Of a stretch of DNA of 64,000 nucleotides, positions 25,491 to 39,759 are shown piece after piece. The DNA comes from Gnetum montanum (lineage: Eukaryota; Plantae; Gnetophyta). The notes beneath the pieces were generated by a model. It saw only the letters and a program-made list of their open reading frames with translations, ran no database searches and was not told where the DNA came from. The stretch is from assembly GCA_015680685.1 (NCBI GenBank), contig MNCI01002118.1, positions 471,042 to 535,041 of the forward strand, read 5' to 3'. Made by a program: the position numbers and the translations under genes. How positions within the stretch are numbered: position 1 is the stretch's first letter; every line of letters begins with the position of its first letter.

Positions 25491-28400
25491 TTAGAGTAAA
25501 CAAGATACTAATATTTATAGAAAACATTCTCATCGACAACTACTCCACCACCTACACCCCACCCCACACCCCACACCCCCTAACTACCTATGCCACCACA
25601 CCAATACACATACACAAAGCACCACTTATGAAAAGGCTAGTTAGTATTAACATAAAATAAAAGTTATAACCATATATAAAAGAAAATTTTTTTGATCTCG
25701 AGGGCTTTTTATAGAGTTATTATGGCAAAAATTTTATTCTATTTTATTTTGATGAGAAAGGATTTGAAAATGGAAAATGCTATTGTCTCACACTATAGAG
25801 ACTATAAAAAATTTTGAAGCTTCTGATTTTGTTTTACCTAATGATTTATATGAGTGTCTATCAAAATATATCACTTCACAATACATATTTCTACATATTA
25901 TTAGATTTAATCACCTAAATGAGGATCTTACACCAGTGATTCAAGCTATCCTTGAATGTTATGGAATTAATGTTTTGTATACCCACAATTTTTTCAAATT
26001 GTTTTTGCTTATCAAACTATTCAATTTTGAAATGATTGAGAAATTATTGGATTTTAAAGTTTTTATAGATCAGCATAATACTTTATTGCTAAAGAATGAA
26101 AAGTGGATTTTGATCTCTATTTTTTTTTATTTCTCTAAAATTCCTTACTAGATTGAATTATAAAATTTTCTTATTTTTCGAAGTGTTGAAAGTGAAATTG
26201 TTGTTAGCATTAGTATAATCTTGAAGATAGAGTCAAAAACTTTACTATATGATGTGTAGCACACATGTTATTTTGTAAAGATTGATTTACGGTAGAGGAA
26301 AATAGAATTAAAACTCAAGGCCGATAATCAATGTTTTTTCCAAAAAAATTACATAATATAACTTGTAAGAACGTTGCAACTATTATCATCCTCAAGGACA
26401 TGTTATTGGAATTTATCTAATTCTCAATAAAAAAAACTTGTTTATAAAGAAAAATAATAATAATTTTTAGAAAAGGCAAATAATTGTAGTTTTTACCAAG
26501 CACAAATGAAATTTTCTTCAACAAGTTCTCAACCTTTTACTAATTTTTTAAAATCTAAAGGTACAAGTAAACTATCAACATCTAAAAAGAATTTCTATTT
26601 AGAAAAAAGAATGCAAGTGAATGTTGCTTATTGCAACACAAAAAGAAGAGGCCTGCAAATACTAATTTCAATTTAATAATCTCAAACATATCTTCTTCTC
26701 TCTCTACTTCTAGTACTATTTCAAATGTTTTTTCATCAAATAATGCACTTTCACATATTAGTGACATGAATTATGAGACAAATGATGAGCTTGAAAAATC
26801 AAGGATAAGAGCCTCCTCCTCCACATCTAAATGTTAATTTTATCATGGAATGTTCAAGATCTTTCCAATCGCTCTCAAGCAAAGATTATCTAGAAGTATC
26901 TTTCAAACTAGCATTTATCTCCAGATTCTCTTTTCTTGCAAAAAATTAAGATTTTAATACATGATATTAGTTTTGTTAGTAAATGTATTTTTAAAAACTA
27001 CATTATTTTTTTCTACTATTCATGAAGTTGATAAAAGAGATGTTGCTATTCTATGTAATATATATTGGACTAGAAAAGTTTTGAAAGCTAACTTTGATAA
27101 CCTTAGAAGAGTTATTTGGATTAATTACTAGCTTAGTTATATATTTATAATATATATCTATAAATTGGCCGATAGAATCTTATTAGTTTACAAGTAAAAA
27201 GTTCTTTGAGTAAAAAATTTCATGACTTCTGGACGAAGAACAAGATTTAAAAACCCAAATTTTCATGCTTTCTGGACGAAGAACAAGAGTTCTGTACCTT
27301 ATTTTTCCTAAGGATGGGTTTTCTGAAAAAAAATTTTCCATAAATTAGTGTATGCTCTCACCCTCAGCCGAATTTGTTGAGATTGTTGAGCATAAATTCG
27401 GCCGATAGTGAGAGCATACANNNNNNNNNNNNNNNNNNNNNNNNNNNNNNNNNNNNNNNNNNNNNNNNNNNNNNNNNNNNNNNNNNNNNNNNNNNNNNNN
27501 NNNNNNNNNNNNNNNNNNNNNNNNNNNNNNNNNNNNNNNNNNNNNNNNNNNNNNNNNNNNNNNNNNNNNNNNNNNNNNNNNNNNNNNNNNNNNNNNNNNN
27601 NNNNNNNNNNNNNNNNNNNNNNNNNNNNNNNNNNNNNNNTCAATACTCCTCACTCGAGATAGTGCCACAAATGTCCACAAATGTAAGACCTGTTTGGTCC
27701 TATAATGCTACAAATGTAAGATACTCCTCACTCAGAAGGCATTACATAAATCAAAGAAGATTACAAATATACAATTAGAAAAAACAACAAACAAATAATG
27801 GAAACAACCTTAATATAATCAAGCACCAAGCTAAAAACACATTCTTCTATCTTACCAACTTGCTAAAATATCTTGACTTGTTAAAACATTTTAATGATTA
27901 TATCTATTTTGCTGGACTTAGTTGAGATTGCAAATTGTGATTTTTGATTACAATTGTGTTGCAGGTTTTAAGGGTTGTTAATAGATTGGAAAGTGGGACT
28001 TTTACTGCTTTCCCAAGGAATAAAAAGGAAAAAGACTTTAGCATACTCAAAAACATTTAATCAAGTTTTAAAATGCTTAAAATTACAAATATTGATATAT
28101 TTTAATGTATTTTTAAAATGCATCTAGATTTTTTGCAGAGTCATATGAGTCTTCAAGAGAGTCTAGAATTTCTCCGATCTTTTAATCATTGATTTTTATT
28201 GATTTTTCAAGTTTAATATATTGTTTATTGCTAATTCTGATACCAACCAAAAAATTAAAATATCTATATTTGATTTTTTACTCTAACTAAGGTCTTTGAT
28301 TTAAAAAAAATGGAAAATGCGGCTACCAACATAAGTGGATATAACAGCTCTATTTTGCTAATTTTAACAATTTTAATCTGATTTTTACATTAATTTATTT

Positions 28401-28722
28401 AGATTTTTCCTATTGGATTTATAGAAAAGGTTGCTAATTTTACCGATCCAATACCATTTTTCAAAAAGTGACATGGTAAAGATATTTCTTCGTATCTTCT
28501 AGGCATTTCTACGTCTCCTCCTATCGAGGCATCTCAGACCTGCTCTAGGCAAATACTCGAATTTACACATTCCCGGAATGAACTAAAATGTAAGAGAAAT
28601 CCGCTGATTATTCCTCGTGATAAAGCTGGAGGAGTCCATGACAACTGGAAAAGCATTTGAGTACAATATATTGACGGTCGAGAGATTGAAAGAAGATAAT
28701 ACAACTATTAGAAATTAGAGGT

Positions 28723-29169
28723 TTAGAAGGACAGAATCACCAATGATAAGGATGACGATGAGGAGGAGGAGGTACTACAGGACGAAAGAAGTTGTAGGAG
28801 ATTTTCGAAACAGGCAGAGTTGCAGGCCAATCTGATGCCTCCATTGTTTGAGTACCCAAATTCGTCAACGCTTTGCTGCAACAGCTCGCAAAAAAGTGGG
28901 TGCTGAAGATACTTGATTTTCACCACATACCTCTGCACTTGATCTTGCCCTTGGGCTTGTACATAAATAGGCAAGTGCCCTTTGGGAACTCCTCGCTCTC
29001 GCTGTCTGCATTTCTTGGCCTTGATAATCACATTCAAATGTAGTTTGCTCACCTTCATCTTTGCCTTGCTTGTTGAATCTATGAAAAAAAAGGCCAACCC
29101 ACATCCAGATGGATAATCCCAGACCAAAACCAAAACAATGATAGGACTGCTGCTGATTAGTGCGAACAT
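28723..29169 (-). CDS. SAUR: SAUR-family auxin-responsive protein, intronless (start may be the ATG at 29058)
   Basis: VPKGHLPIYV...RYVVKIKYLQHPLFCELLQQSVDEFGYSNNGGIRLAC is the Auxin_inducible signature; TATA (ctatataat on minus strand) at ~29197-29205. Confidence 0.92.
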   Translation of the reverse strand: MFALISSSPIIVLVLVWDYPSGCGLAFFFIDSTSKAKMKVSKLHLNVIIKAKKCRQRERGVPKGHLPIYVQAQGQDQVQRYVVKIKYLQHPLFCELLQQSVDEFGYSNNGGIRLACNSACFENLLQLLSSCSTSSSSSSSLSLVILSF

Positions 29170-29562
29170 CGATGAAGCAAGAGTTGGACTGCTGATATTA
29201 TATAGAGCCTAGTAACAGCAGCGTGGGGCAAAAGATGCAGAATTGTAGATACTTTCACCGTCGTTGCAGTAGTGGCTGGAATCCATGACACGGAACGGAA
29301 GGAATAAGGCTAAAGCACCAAAATTAAAAATTGTTGCTATCCACTGTTGGAAGTTTTTTAAAACACGCAGGAAAGTACAATTTCTTTTATTAACCGCTTC
29401 CCGAGCTAACATTTATATCATTATCTAAGAGGTTTGCCTGATTAATGTCCCTTCATTTTTGTTTGTACCCTAGAATGGCAGTCCAGTTTCGTATAGAAGG
29501 AAATTCTAGGCAATTACAATGCAATTCACTTGCTCCATCACATCTTAAGGAGTTTAATCAAA

Positions 29563-29844
29563 TATGTGATACCTTGAGACATATGTATTAAAGGATATGC
29601 TTTGATATATATCACTTGTTGTAGCAAAGTCAAAGTATATAGGAGAAGATTACGTCGGGAAGGAGATAGATAATGGGTAAATTATTATTTAACCTTAATA
29701 AGTTATGTGATACCTTGAGACATATGTATTAAAGGATATGCTTTGATATATATCACTTGTTGTAGCAAAGTCAAAGTATATAGGAGAAGATTACGTCGGG
29801 AAGGAGATAGATAATGGGTAAATTATTATTTAACCTTAATAAGT
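29563..29844. repeat. 141-bp direct tandem duplication upstream of SAUR, each unit carrying TGTCTC/CATATG
   Basis: Units start at 29563 and 29704 and look identical; each contains gagacatatg. Confidence 0.85.
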
Positions 29845-30109
29845 TAGCATATGCACTAATTGTTATTTTTATTCTAAAATAAAAATGTAAATCAAATGAA
29901 TTTTTAATATAAAATTAAATAAGTGAAAAAGGAAATAATATAAAAATAATATTAATAATGAAGAACACCATATATATTATTTAATGTTTGAAATCTATCG
30001 ATACGCAGAGCTCATTGCTCAGAGGCATCAAATTTCACGCGCTTTCCTAGCCATGCCTCCACAATTCCACCACAGATTCCATGGTTGCGGCAGCATCATG
30101 GACCTGCTC

Positions 30110-30330
30110 CACAACACCATCCGAGAGTTCTACCTCTTCGACACCATGCCAGCGCAGAGGCGCGACTGCTCAAAGTGGCCGAATCAGCCACCCGAGTGGT
30201 GAAACGTGCTGCAGAAATACTGTGAAACCATGCATGCAGTGGCTGCGATTGGTTTCGCTGGCACTGGGATTGGAAGAGAATGATATTGTGAAGGCTTGCA
30301 AGAAACCCACGCCCTTGGCTTGCTGCGCTT
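30110..30330 (+). pseudogene. 2-oxoglutarate/Fe(II) dioxygenase gene fragment
   Basis: EFYLFDTMPAQRRDCSKWPNQPPEW*NVLQKYCETM, then a frameshift to LRLVSLALGLEENDIVKAC; matches the 'WPxxPxxxR...Y...LSLALGLEE' segment of plant 2OGDs. Confidence 0.65.
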
Positions 30331-31569
30331 GGGCTCTGGCGCCGGCTGCAGGCTCATTTGTAGATCCTCATCTTCGTGATTTGCCATGGCTGAAAAATTG
30401 GCAAATGAATCCACAAAAGGGAATTCTAGAACACAAAGAAGAATCTTGAGCTTTACAACTCGCTCTTTGATGAATCCAAAAAATACAAAAAATAAAAACG
30501 CAACCAAAAACAAAAGCGATGAGAGAAGCATCATTTCCTGATTTCCACTCCACTGAGGTTTGTGCGATTGAAGCAACCCTCTTTTCAGAAGTTTGGTACC
30601 CGAAATTTTTAATTGCAAAAAAACCCCGCACGCTCCAGAATCTTTGCTACAAAACATATCAGATCTTACCCACTGAAAAGTCCAACGTTCATGCGCTTTT
30701 GCCATTCAACGCAGCAGCAGAAATGCTTTTACCATTTGGTGCATGAAGAAATTTTCCTCCACCTTTGATGCACTCCTTCAAAGCTTGTTGGATCAACGAA
30801 CCAAACAATTCTTAGCAAAAACTATGAAGAGGGTAGGCTGCGGCTCTGACAGATCTGCTGGCTCTAACAAATCGACGAACCAAACAATGCTTAGCAAAAA
30901 CTGTGCCAGTGCCTCCCCCAATATCCTGACCAATTCTGATTATTGAAGCTCCATCCTTAGTTTTCTTTAGAGCTAGAACTTCATCAATGGAGAGATCCAT
31001 GGCGGACAGAGAATGCGTCCATCTTGTGCTCTCCCTGCCCTACAAATCAAAACAGTCCTTGCAGTCATCAAATGCTTTCTGGTACTTTCTGTTCATCAAA
31101 CAGGTGTAGTTCTTGCAGGAATAGGCACTCCAAAGAATGCTAGAATCTGGTGGAATGTTTCCAGAGGCTCCACGGATATGGATCTGGCTCCCTGTAATTT
31201 TTTGGGATCAGCTGCTAAGCATCAGCCTCTGAGCACTAACTTCATCATCAGGACACAGTCCTCCAGGGGAGTAATTCATGTAATTCTGAATTTCATCCTT
31301 TAAGAATTTGCTGGCGATGCCAATGGAACGGAAAATGGTGTCAGATCCTGATCCACGCTTCGATCCTGTTCTGATCTATGAATGGTGTCAGATCCTGATC
31401 CACGCTTCGATCCTGTTCTGATCCGCGCATGGTTTCTGTCTTCAGCTAGAATGCTGGATCTGCATCTGCGCAGAACTCGAGCCGTCCTCCTACTGCTGCT
31501 CTGTGCACTGTTATTACGCATTATCTATGTATTTATAAGAATGCAAAGGATGCAACCTTTGATAACATG

Positions 31570-31765
31570 TTAGGGTTATGCACAAAGTTGCGTTACCCAA
31601 ATGGCCTGTCTCCACATCAGTGTTGTGCACAAATTACACATCAGTGTTGTGCACAAAGTTGCGTTACATGATGCACAAAGTTTGCGTTACCGAAATAGCC
31701 TATCTGGAATTTTACACGTCAGCATTACACATCAGTGTTATTCACAAAGTTGCGTTACCGAAATG
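31570..31765. repeat. Short repeat cluster (cacaaagttgcgttac / catcagtgtt), possible DNA-transposon subterminal region
   Basis: About 4-5 imperfect copies of each motif within ~200 bp. Confidence 0.45.
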
Positions 31766-31799
31766 GGCCATGAAAAAGTCAACGAAGGAGCTTTGGACT

Positions 31800-34700
31800 T
31801 TGTAATATTTATGCTCCTAATAATTTGAAAGATCAATCAAAGGTTTGGAAATATCTTCTATCTCTACCTAAGGTTACTTGGATTATTGGAGATGATTTCA
31901 ATATAGATGAAATCCATTTAGATCAATTTGGTGAACTTTTTTCTAATATGTCTATTTAAGAAAAAGAAAATTGATGCAATTTTAAAGAAAAATATTTTCT
32001 TTCTGATGTTAGCTCTTCATTCTCACTTCACTCAAATGAGAAGCATTATATTTTATATAATTATAAGCAAGAAAATGATAGAATTTATTATTGCCTTGAT
32101 AGATTTTACATCTCTAATGTTTTCTTTTGGAAGCCTACAAGGAAAGTAGAAGTGCATATAAATGCTACTTTGACATACCATTTTCCTATTAGCACTTTTC
32201 TCTTTGGAATTAATTCTTTCTCCTTTCAAAAGCATAAGCTTTTTTGTATGAATGCTAATATGCTCTCAAGACAAAGAAAATTGATGTGATTTTAAAGAAA
32301 AATATTCTCTTTCTAATGTTAGCTCTTTATTCCCATATCATTCAAATGAGAAGTATTATGGTTGTAATTATTTGTCAAAAAAATGATAGAATTTATTATC
32401 AACTTGATAGATTTTACATCTCTAATGTTTTCTTTTGGAAACCTACAAGGAAAGTAGAAATGTATACAAATGCTACTTTGTCATACCATTTTCTTGTTAG
32501 CATTTTTCTCTGTGGAATTAATTCTTCCTCCTTTCAAACACATAAGCTTTTTTGTACGAATGCTAAAATGCTCTCAAGAAAAAGAAGAAAAAATATGTTA
32601 AACTCTTTATGAAATGCAAAAGGAAAGAAAAGAAAAGAAAAAAAAACTACTAGTAATACTAGTTGGATTGATCGATGCTAGCAAACTACTTGTAGAATCA
32701 ACCATTATGCTGGATAACTTGAAAAGCAATTTGCTAAGTGTTAAGTTGAAGAAGATCTTGCAAAATTTGTCAAGCAAATGCAAATTTTTGAAAACCAAAA
32801 TCTTAAGATTCAAAAATTCTTAGCTAAACCTCATTTAGTTAAATAATGTTAGGATATTTTTGAAGTTAAAAGTGCTCTTACTAAAAGTTACATGTATTGG
32901 TTAAAAATTGAAGATGAATCTTGCAAGGAGTTTTTTAAAAATTCTAAAAGGAAAGAATCAAGATTGGGCATAGCCATTACTTTAAGTGATGGTAAGAAGC
33001 TTGTTTCTCAAGTTATAAGACCTAGGTCCAAACCTAAGCATAATCATTCAAAAGATATTAGGCTTCCACTCATCTACTGCCCTCCTAGGACCTTCCCTTG
33101 GTGAGATGAGCATTGAACCTCTAGGTGATGATCCTTTTTTTTTTTTAAGGAAGCATTCAAGTACATAAACTGGAATCGCTTTATATAACTAATTCCATCA
33201 TGACAAATCTTATGATTATTAATAAGTTTTTAGCAAATAATTTTTCTTCTCTTTTTTTTTAGCAAGGAACTCTTCCAAGCCTTTCATATGCAAATTTTTC
33301 ATCTTATAACAAAAACTCATCAATGTATTTTTGAAGCAAAAATTACAATAAAAGAAATCAAAGTAGGACCTTTTTTTTTAGCACATGATAAGGCTTTAGG
33401 ATTTGATGATTTTCCAAATGAATTTTTTAAAAAGTATTGGAACATCATTAAAAATTATATGTTCCATGTTTTCAAAGTAGTCATTAAAAAGTTTTTTGGT
33501 AAAAATATTAATAAAGTACAATTCAACTTCTTCTTAAGAATGCAAATCTTCAACATATTGGTAATTAGAGACTTATTACTCCTTTTAACAACACTTATAA
33601 AGTTTTAGTTAAATACATTGCTTGTCAAATTTAGAAGGTTATAAAAGATATCATTAGACCTGAGTAGGCTGGTTTTGTTAAAATAAGGCATTTTAAATAA
33701 TGTTATTATAGCTTGGAAGGGAATGCAATGGACTTCTAATAATAACCAAAACATTACTTTTATTAAGTTAGATTATGCTAAAGCTTATGATAAGATTGAA
33801 TGAAATTTTGTTATTTCATCTCTATAAACTAAGATTTTGTAACTATTTTATTCATCTTGTCTATACCATTCTCCCTAATGCTAATGCTCAAGTTGCTACT
33901 AATTTTGCATCAAGTTCCTCATTTTTCTTCAATGGTTAGTTCATCAAGGTTGTCCTTCAACTCTCCTTTTTCTTATTATTGTTGCCAACTTTCTTTTACA
34001 TAATTTACAAAGAAATATCATTAAGGGAATTTCAATTGATAATCAAGGTATACAATTGATTAATATGCACTTTGCAAATGATTTTTTTTTAATAATTAAC
34101 AATTCTTTGCAACATATCAATACTTTTTTAGGTAAAGTGAAAAATTATTGCATGTTATCTAGCTTTTGTATTAATTGGCAAAAATCTATTGTTTGTTGTA
34201 ATTGTAATATTAATGAATGACTTACTCTTAAGCCTTAGATAATTTTGCAAAAAGATTCTCTTCAAAATTTTAGGGATACCTTTTTCTTGTAAACCTAATC
34301 TTACTATTTTCTGAAATTATGTGGTTGATGAAATTCAAAAGTTTGATAAATAAAAAGAAAAACAATCACCGTTACTAGCAAATTTATAAATGCTTCAATA
34401 AACTCATGTTTATTACTCAAAATCTTAAGCTCTTTTTAAAATTTCTTATGATAAAATTGATCATATCATACGTCAATTGCTTTGGTCTACTTAGTAACAT
34501 AGAAAAGGCTTTTCTGGAGTTGCGATATTTGCACTAATAGTGAAAAAGATAGAGAACTTGGCCTCATTAATTATAATAACTAGGGTATTTCTCTTGCAAT
34601 AAAATGAATTGTAAAATGTACTAATGAAAATGATATTTGGGTGCTCCTTTTAAGAAATAGACTTATGTATAGAAAACCTGAGAATGATAATAATTGATCT

Positions 34701-35550
34701 TCTTATAACTTTCTTCACTAACTTCTTTTTCCTCATGCCATTTTATTCTTAGTTCTTTAGTTCTTAAACAAATGTGGAAGACATGGTGCAAACTTAACAA
34801 GTATTGGAATTATAATTATATTATAATTTCAAAAGATATGCTTAAGAAAAGAAGCTTATGATCGCTTTCTTTTGATAAAGGAGCAAATTTAGTATCATTG
34901 GAGTTTTTTGTCTACATATGCATGATACATGGATTGCATGAAATAAAAATTCTAACCTCTATGGTTTGAATAAAAAGAGAAAAAAGAATTTTGAAAATTT
35001 CATTTTTAATGTTAAGAAGTTATTTAAAGTTGACAATAGTTTGTATCACACTTTCCTAGATATTTTTTTAAAAGATGATAGATCTATTTTGACTTTTAAA
35101 TCCAAAGTTTCTTACAAGATTTTTAAAAACAATGATTTTATTCCTAACAATTTGAAAGAGGAAAATAAAAAACATTTGGAGAACTCCTTCCTTTCCTAAA
35201 ATTCATATTGTTTTTATGGTGTTCTTCAACAATGTGTTCCTATCAACACTCATCTTAAGCATATGAAAATTTAAAAATAAATACTTTTCAAGTATGAAAT
35301 ATTAATAAGGTTTTTGCTTATATCCTATAAATTATAAGCTTAACGATACTTGAAAAATTGTCTATCGTACATATGGTTAATTTCACATTATAGAACCCCT
35401 CTATGTCAAACCATTGATAAATTTGTATGCATAGATTTTAAAATTAAAGCATTAGCTAATAAGGTGATAATTCATTAATAAATTATGAGTGGTTTCCAAC
35501 TATACTACAATGAGCCCAACATCAATTAAGCAAATTGGTAACATCTCTTT
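31800..35550 (+). mobile_element. Ancient, AT-rich decayed L1 LINE ORF2 (EN-RT), with an internal ~310-bp duplication at 31960-32590
   Basis: WIIGDDFN; LDRFYIS (twice); KALGFDDFPNEFFKKYWNII; IKLDYAKAYDKIE; QGCP; MHFAND. Confidence 0.8.
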
Positions 35551-36912
35551 TATAAAAATATCCACATTACATTAGTGGAGGGTGCCATGTTGGGTGTTGA
35601 AAAGGTCAAAAAATATAAATACAATCTAGCAAAAATGAAAAATAAAAAATGTATCATGTTAAATGCATTAGGAATGTAAACAATAAAATTTTGGATAGGG
35701 AAAAAAGTTATTTTCAAAAATTATTAAATGAAGAATTTCCAAAATAGGATGTTTAAGAAAAAGAACCAAATTTTGATATGGTTAATATATTTTCCTTCTT
35801 TGAGATGAAAATAAGCTTATCTAAGATAAAAAACAATTATAAACCAAATACCATTCCAATTCTTATGGATAATTTAATTATTTAATAACATTTGGAAGGA
35901 TAGAGAAATGTTTAAAAGTTGAAGAAATGGTACTATTGTTCCCATGTAGTAGAACAAAGGAGATGTGCAAAATTATACAATTTAAATATGATCAAGCTTA
36001 TAACTTTGGGAGACTCATAAAACATCTTAAACTTGAATCAACAATATTAAGAAGCCAAGTTGACTTTCTGCTAAGGCAATCTATTATCAAGGCTATTTTC
36101 TTAATATCACAACTAATGGAGAAAAAACCATAAAGAAAATTTACATATGACCTTTAATGACTTGGGAAAAACATATGATAAAATGCCTAGAGATATTGTT
36201 TGGTGAGCCTTACAAAGAAAAAACACCTTAACAAATATATTAAAGAGATTTAAGATATGCATAAACAAATTAGTACTAGAATTAGAATAGCTCACTAATG
36301 TACTAGTCATATAAGCTTATAGCAAGGGTTGGCACTTAATCCTAATTTGTTTACTATTGTTATGTACGCTATTTGTAAATAATATTGTATTGGTAGATAC
36401 ATCTTGAGCAAATATTGCTTTGAAAATTAAAAAAACAAAAATATGCTCTAAAATTAAAATAAAAACTCAAAAGGTAGAAGTAAGACATAATACATAGAAT
36501 GTAATTTCAAAAAAAGTATAAATAATGATGAAATTGATAAGCATATAAGAAATAGGATTGAGATAAGATAATGAAAATGATGATAAGCTACTATTGTTTT
36601 ATGCAATAAAAGAATACCAATAAAAAATTAAAAGAGAAATTTTACTAGAAAATAATTAACCTTGATATTTTATTTGGTGTTAAATGGTAAGAAAGAAACA
36701 TGAAAAAAAATCAATGTGATAAAATTGCAATTTTTAGATGGATTGTGTATATTACAAGAAGATATAAATTGTATAATATAGACATTGAATGAAGGTGTGG
36801 AGTGACATCTACTTTTAGATAAGCTACAAGAATGACCTCTTAGATAGTTTGATCATATCCAAAGAAGATTAAACAATGAGTTAGATTTAAAAAAATATTG
36901 CTCCATTATAGT

Positions 36913-37152
36913 ACCAAGAAAGCCTAAAAGTAAACAAAGCAAGAGAAAGACAAAGTCAACGACAAAGTAAAAACAATTAAAGATGGTAACTAAAGTATCT
37001 ATTTCTTCCTAAAGGGAAAGACCAATAAAAAAATCCCTCCAAGAAAGCCCAAAAGTAAACAAAGCAAGAGAAAGACAAAGTAAAAACAATTAAAGATGGT
37101 ATCTAAAGTATCTATTTCTTCCTAAAGGGAAAGACCAATAAAAAAATCCCTC
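36913..37152. repeat. Imperfect tandem duplication of ~115-125 bp
   Basis: ccaagaaagcc(t/c)aaaagtaaacaaagcaagagaaagacaaagt...aaagggaaagaccaataaaaaaatccctc occurs twice. Confidence 0.8.
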
Positions 37153-39658
37153 ATGTAATGAATTCCATGTTGTTAGGAATGAATTCTTCCTTCAAATACC
37201 TTAACAATACCAAAACTCAAGGATTTTATTATCTCACCAACATGTTTTCTTTCATTATGAAGAAGCACCCTTGATTTAAAGCTCCTACCGATTTGAAGCT
37301 CCTTCACATAGCAAAAGTCCTCCTCCCAACAAAATGAGGCCTGCTATTTGCCAAAATGTTTGAATGATGCCTTGGCTTTTCATTGTAAAAAGCTAGAGTT
37401 ATGAACACAGCAAAATTACCTGCAAAAGCTTTTGTACATGTTCAAGTTTTGTTTTTACCATAAAACCAAACGCACCAGAGGTTCATCTATTCGGGAGAAG
37501 CACCGCAATTAGCAATAAGCATCAAGTGGAGCAAGACCTGTCATACCTACGCGAAGAATTTAGATAGGGTTCTTTATGTACTACAATCCATTGAAACTCC
37601 AAAATGTATAGATATATATATAGATGGGAATCCATTTTACATGAAAGCATAATTTTTGCAATTATCCATGAACGTATAATATTAAGCCACTGATAAATGA
37701 TAAGAATCTGGTATGCATACAGTAACACTGCAATTGATAAGGATACTATTTGGTATAGCTTTAACTTCTTTAATTTTGCAAAGGAAATCACAAGAGATAT
37801 CGTGATCCATGCTTGCATAATGTACCAATATTTTTTAAAATATTTAGCCCAAGACATAATAGCAAGCCATGAACTGTTCCTAAGATTAATCATCTCTACC
37901 ATCATTTTACAAATTAAATGTTGACTCCATAAATAACGTTGCCGTTTTGCGCTTCTGCATCAAGGAAATCTCTATACATACCTTTGCTTACAAAATGATA
38001 CTACTAACTAGATGCTGGATGTATAAACAACTGTGTCCTTTCATTCCTGCATACCAAACAAACCATTATGTTACTAGAAGTTAGGAAAAACATCGTTCTT
38101 ACGGGACATGAAATAAGTTTTAATTTTCCCCACAAAGTTATTCAGCGTAAAAACTAGAAAATTTAGAGTTAATAATTCAATGTCATTATATGATAAGATG
38201 GTATCCTAGGTAATTTGAAGAAAAATTCTCATTGGTATATATGATTTTCAAATTAAACATTTATGCGATGTAACCTTAATTCTTAGATGGATGCTGAATG
38301 TTACAAAAAGATATAAATTGCATAATACATACATTACACCAAGACTTGGAGTGGCTTCTATTTCAAATAAGCTATAGGAATGGTGTTTTAGATGGTTTGG
38401 TCATGTTCAGAGAAAGTTAGATAATGAGTCTATCAAAAAAAGGTTGTCACATCACAATTCCAAAAAAGCTCCAAAAAGAAGACAAAAAAAGACACGAGGA
38501 AAAATGATTGCAGATGATATGAAGAAATTGCAAATAGATAAAAAATCTAGCTTTTAATAAAGGCAGATGGCAAACCAGAACTCATTTAACTAAACCTATT
38601 TTGCTGGGATAAGGCTACCATAATGATGAGGATGTAATGTAACCTGAATATTCCCTGGTTAATCACCAATATACAAAGAAATTCCAATATGGTAAAATTT
38701 CTAACTTTGCTAAAAAGTTGCATATGTGCCTTGTCAGTATGTTTTGAAACTTCTTTTATCATTTCTCTGTATAATATGTCATTTAAAATCATGTCCTCTC
38801 AGCTTTTTAGAAATTTATAAAATGTTATACAAATTAAACATCCCTATGCATGGTATCGTCTTACATAATTCCTTTGAAGTATGTTAAGAGTTTGAAACAA
38901 TATTAGAAAGTTTTATTTAGTTATCTGATAAAACGTCTCAATATATATCGAGCTCAGGCAAAGAGTACGTACAGTATTATGATTCCTTGTTTTATTATGA
39001 TACTTGTCTACATCTGCCATATAGCAGATTCAATGTTGCTAACCATTCTCTGCATCATGATTTATCTTGGCACTACCAATGAATTAAAATTTTGAGATTT
39101 CACTTCTAATCTCAGTTTGATGTCTGAATTTTCACCTCAGCTTCCATGTATGTATTCAACATATAGAAGAGTATCCAAACTTTTATATTACACACACCAC
39201 TCTTCTTGTCAATCTGATTTTCCCTTTCATAATGCAGTTAATCATGTTATCGTCGTTTTCCTATTTGGCAAGATCTCATACCAGTGCAACTCTTCTGTGG
39301 GTATACTAAATGTTCTGTTTCTCTTCTATAGTCAATATTCAATTTCAAATTCAACGTCATTTCTTCAAAGAAAATTGCAACCCTGCTTCTTGCTCAACAG
39401 AACGGGTAATATCTCTAATTAGAAATTTCTAATCCGATTGAAATCTATTCCGACAAGCTAATCTCTTGGGCACTACAACCTGTAGCATGTGAAAAGAAAA
39501 TTATCAACTTTTGATACCCTTTATGAGGCTGGCTCTAAAACCTAAAATAAAAGCACTTCAAGCTTCAAACCGATAGCATATATAATAGTACCTAAAACAT
39601 AAAAAATGAAATAACTAACAAAAAATTGAAAACTAAAAATTCTGGAAAGCTAACTTAC

Positions 39659-39759
39659 CCTTTCTCACGTTCTTGGTACACATAGCTTGATGCAACAACT
39701 AATAATGACCCATCTCTGTTGTACGACAAAGCTGAAACACTTGCAGGGTATTTGGGGTA
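39659..39759 (-). CDS. BUB3: Single exon of mitotic checkpoint WD40 protein BUB3 (near C-terminus)
   Basis: [33 protein letters not shown], bounded by a ttccAG acceptor and a GTAAGT donor; resembles the plant BUB3 segment [33 protein letters not shown]. No other exons recognised. Confidence 0.8.

Noticed and set aside
25777-26837. AT-rich ORFs of 60-124 aa as genes
   Set aside because: No recognisable motif; probably decayed transposon sequence.
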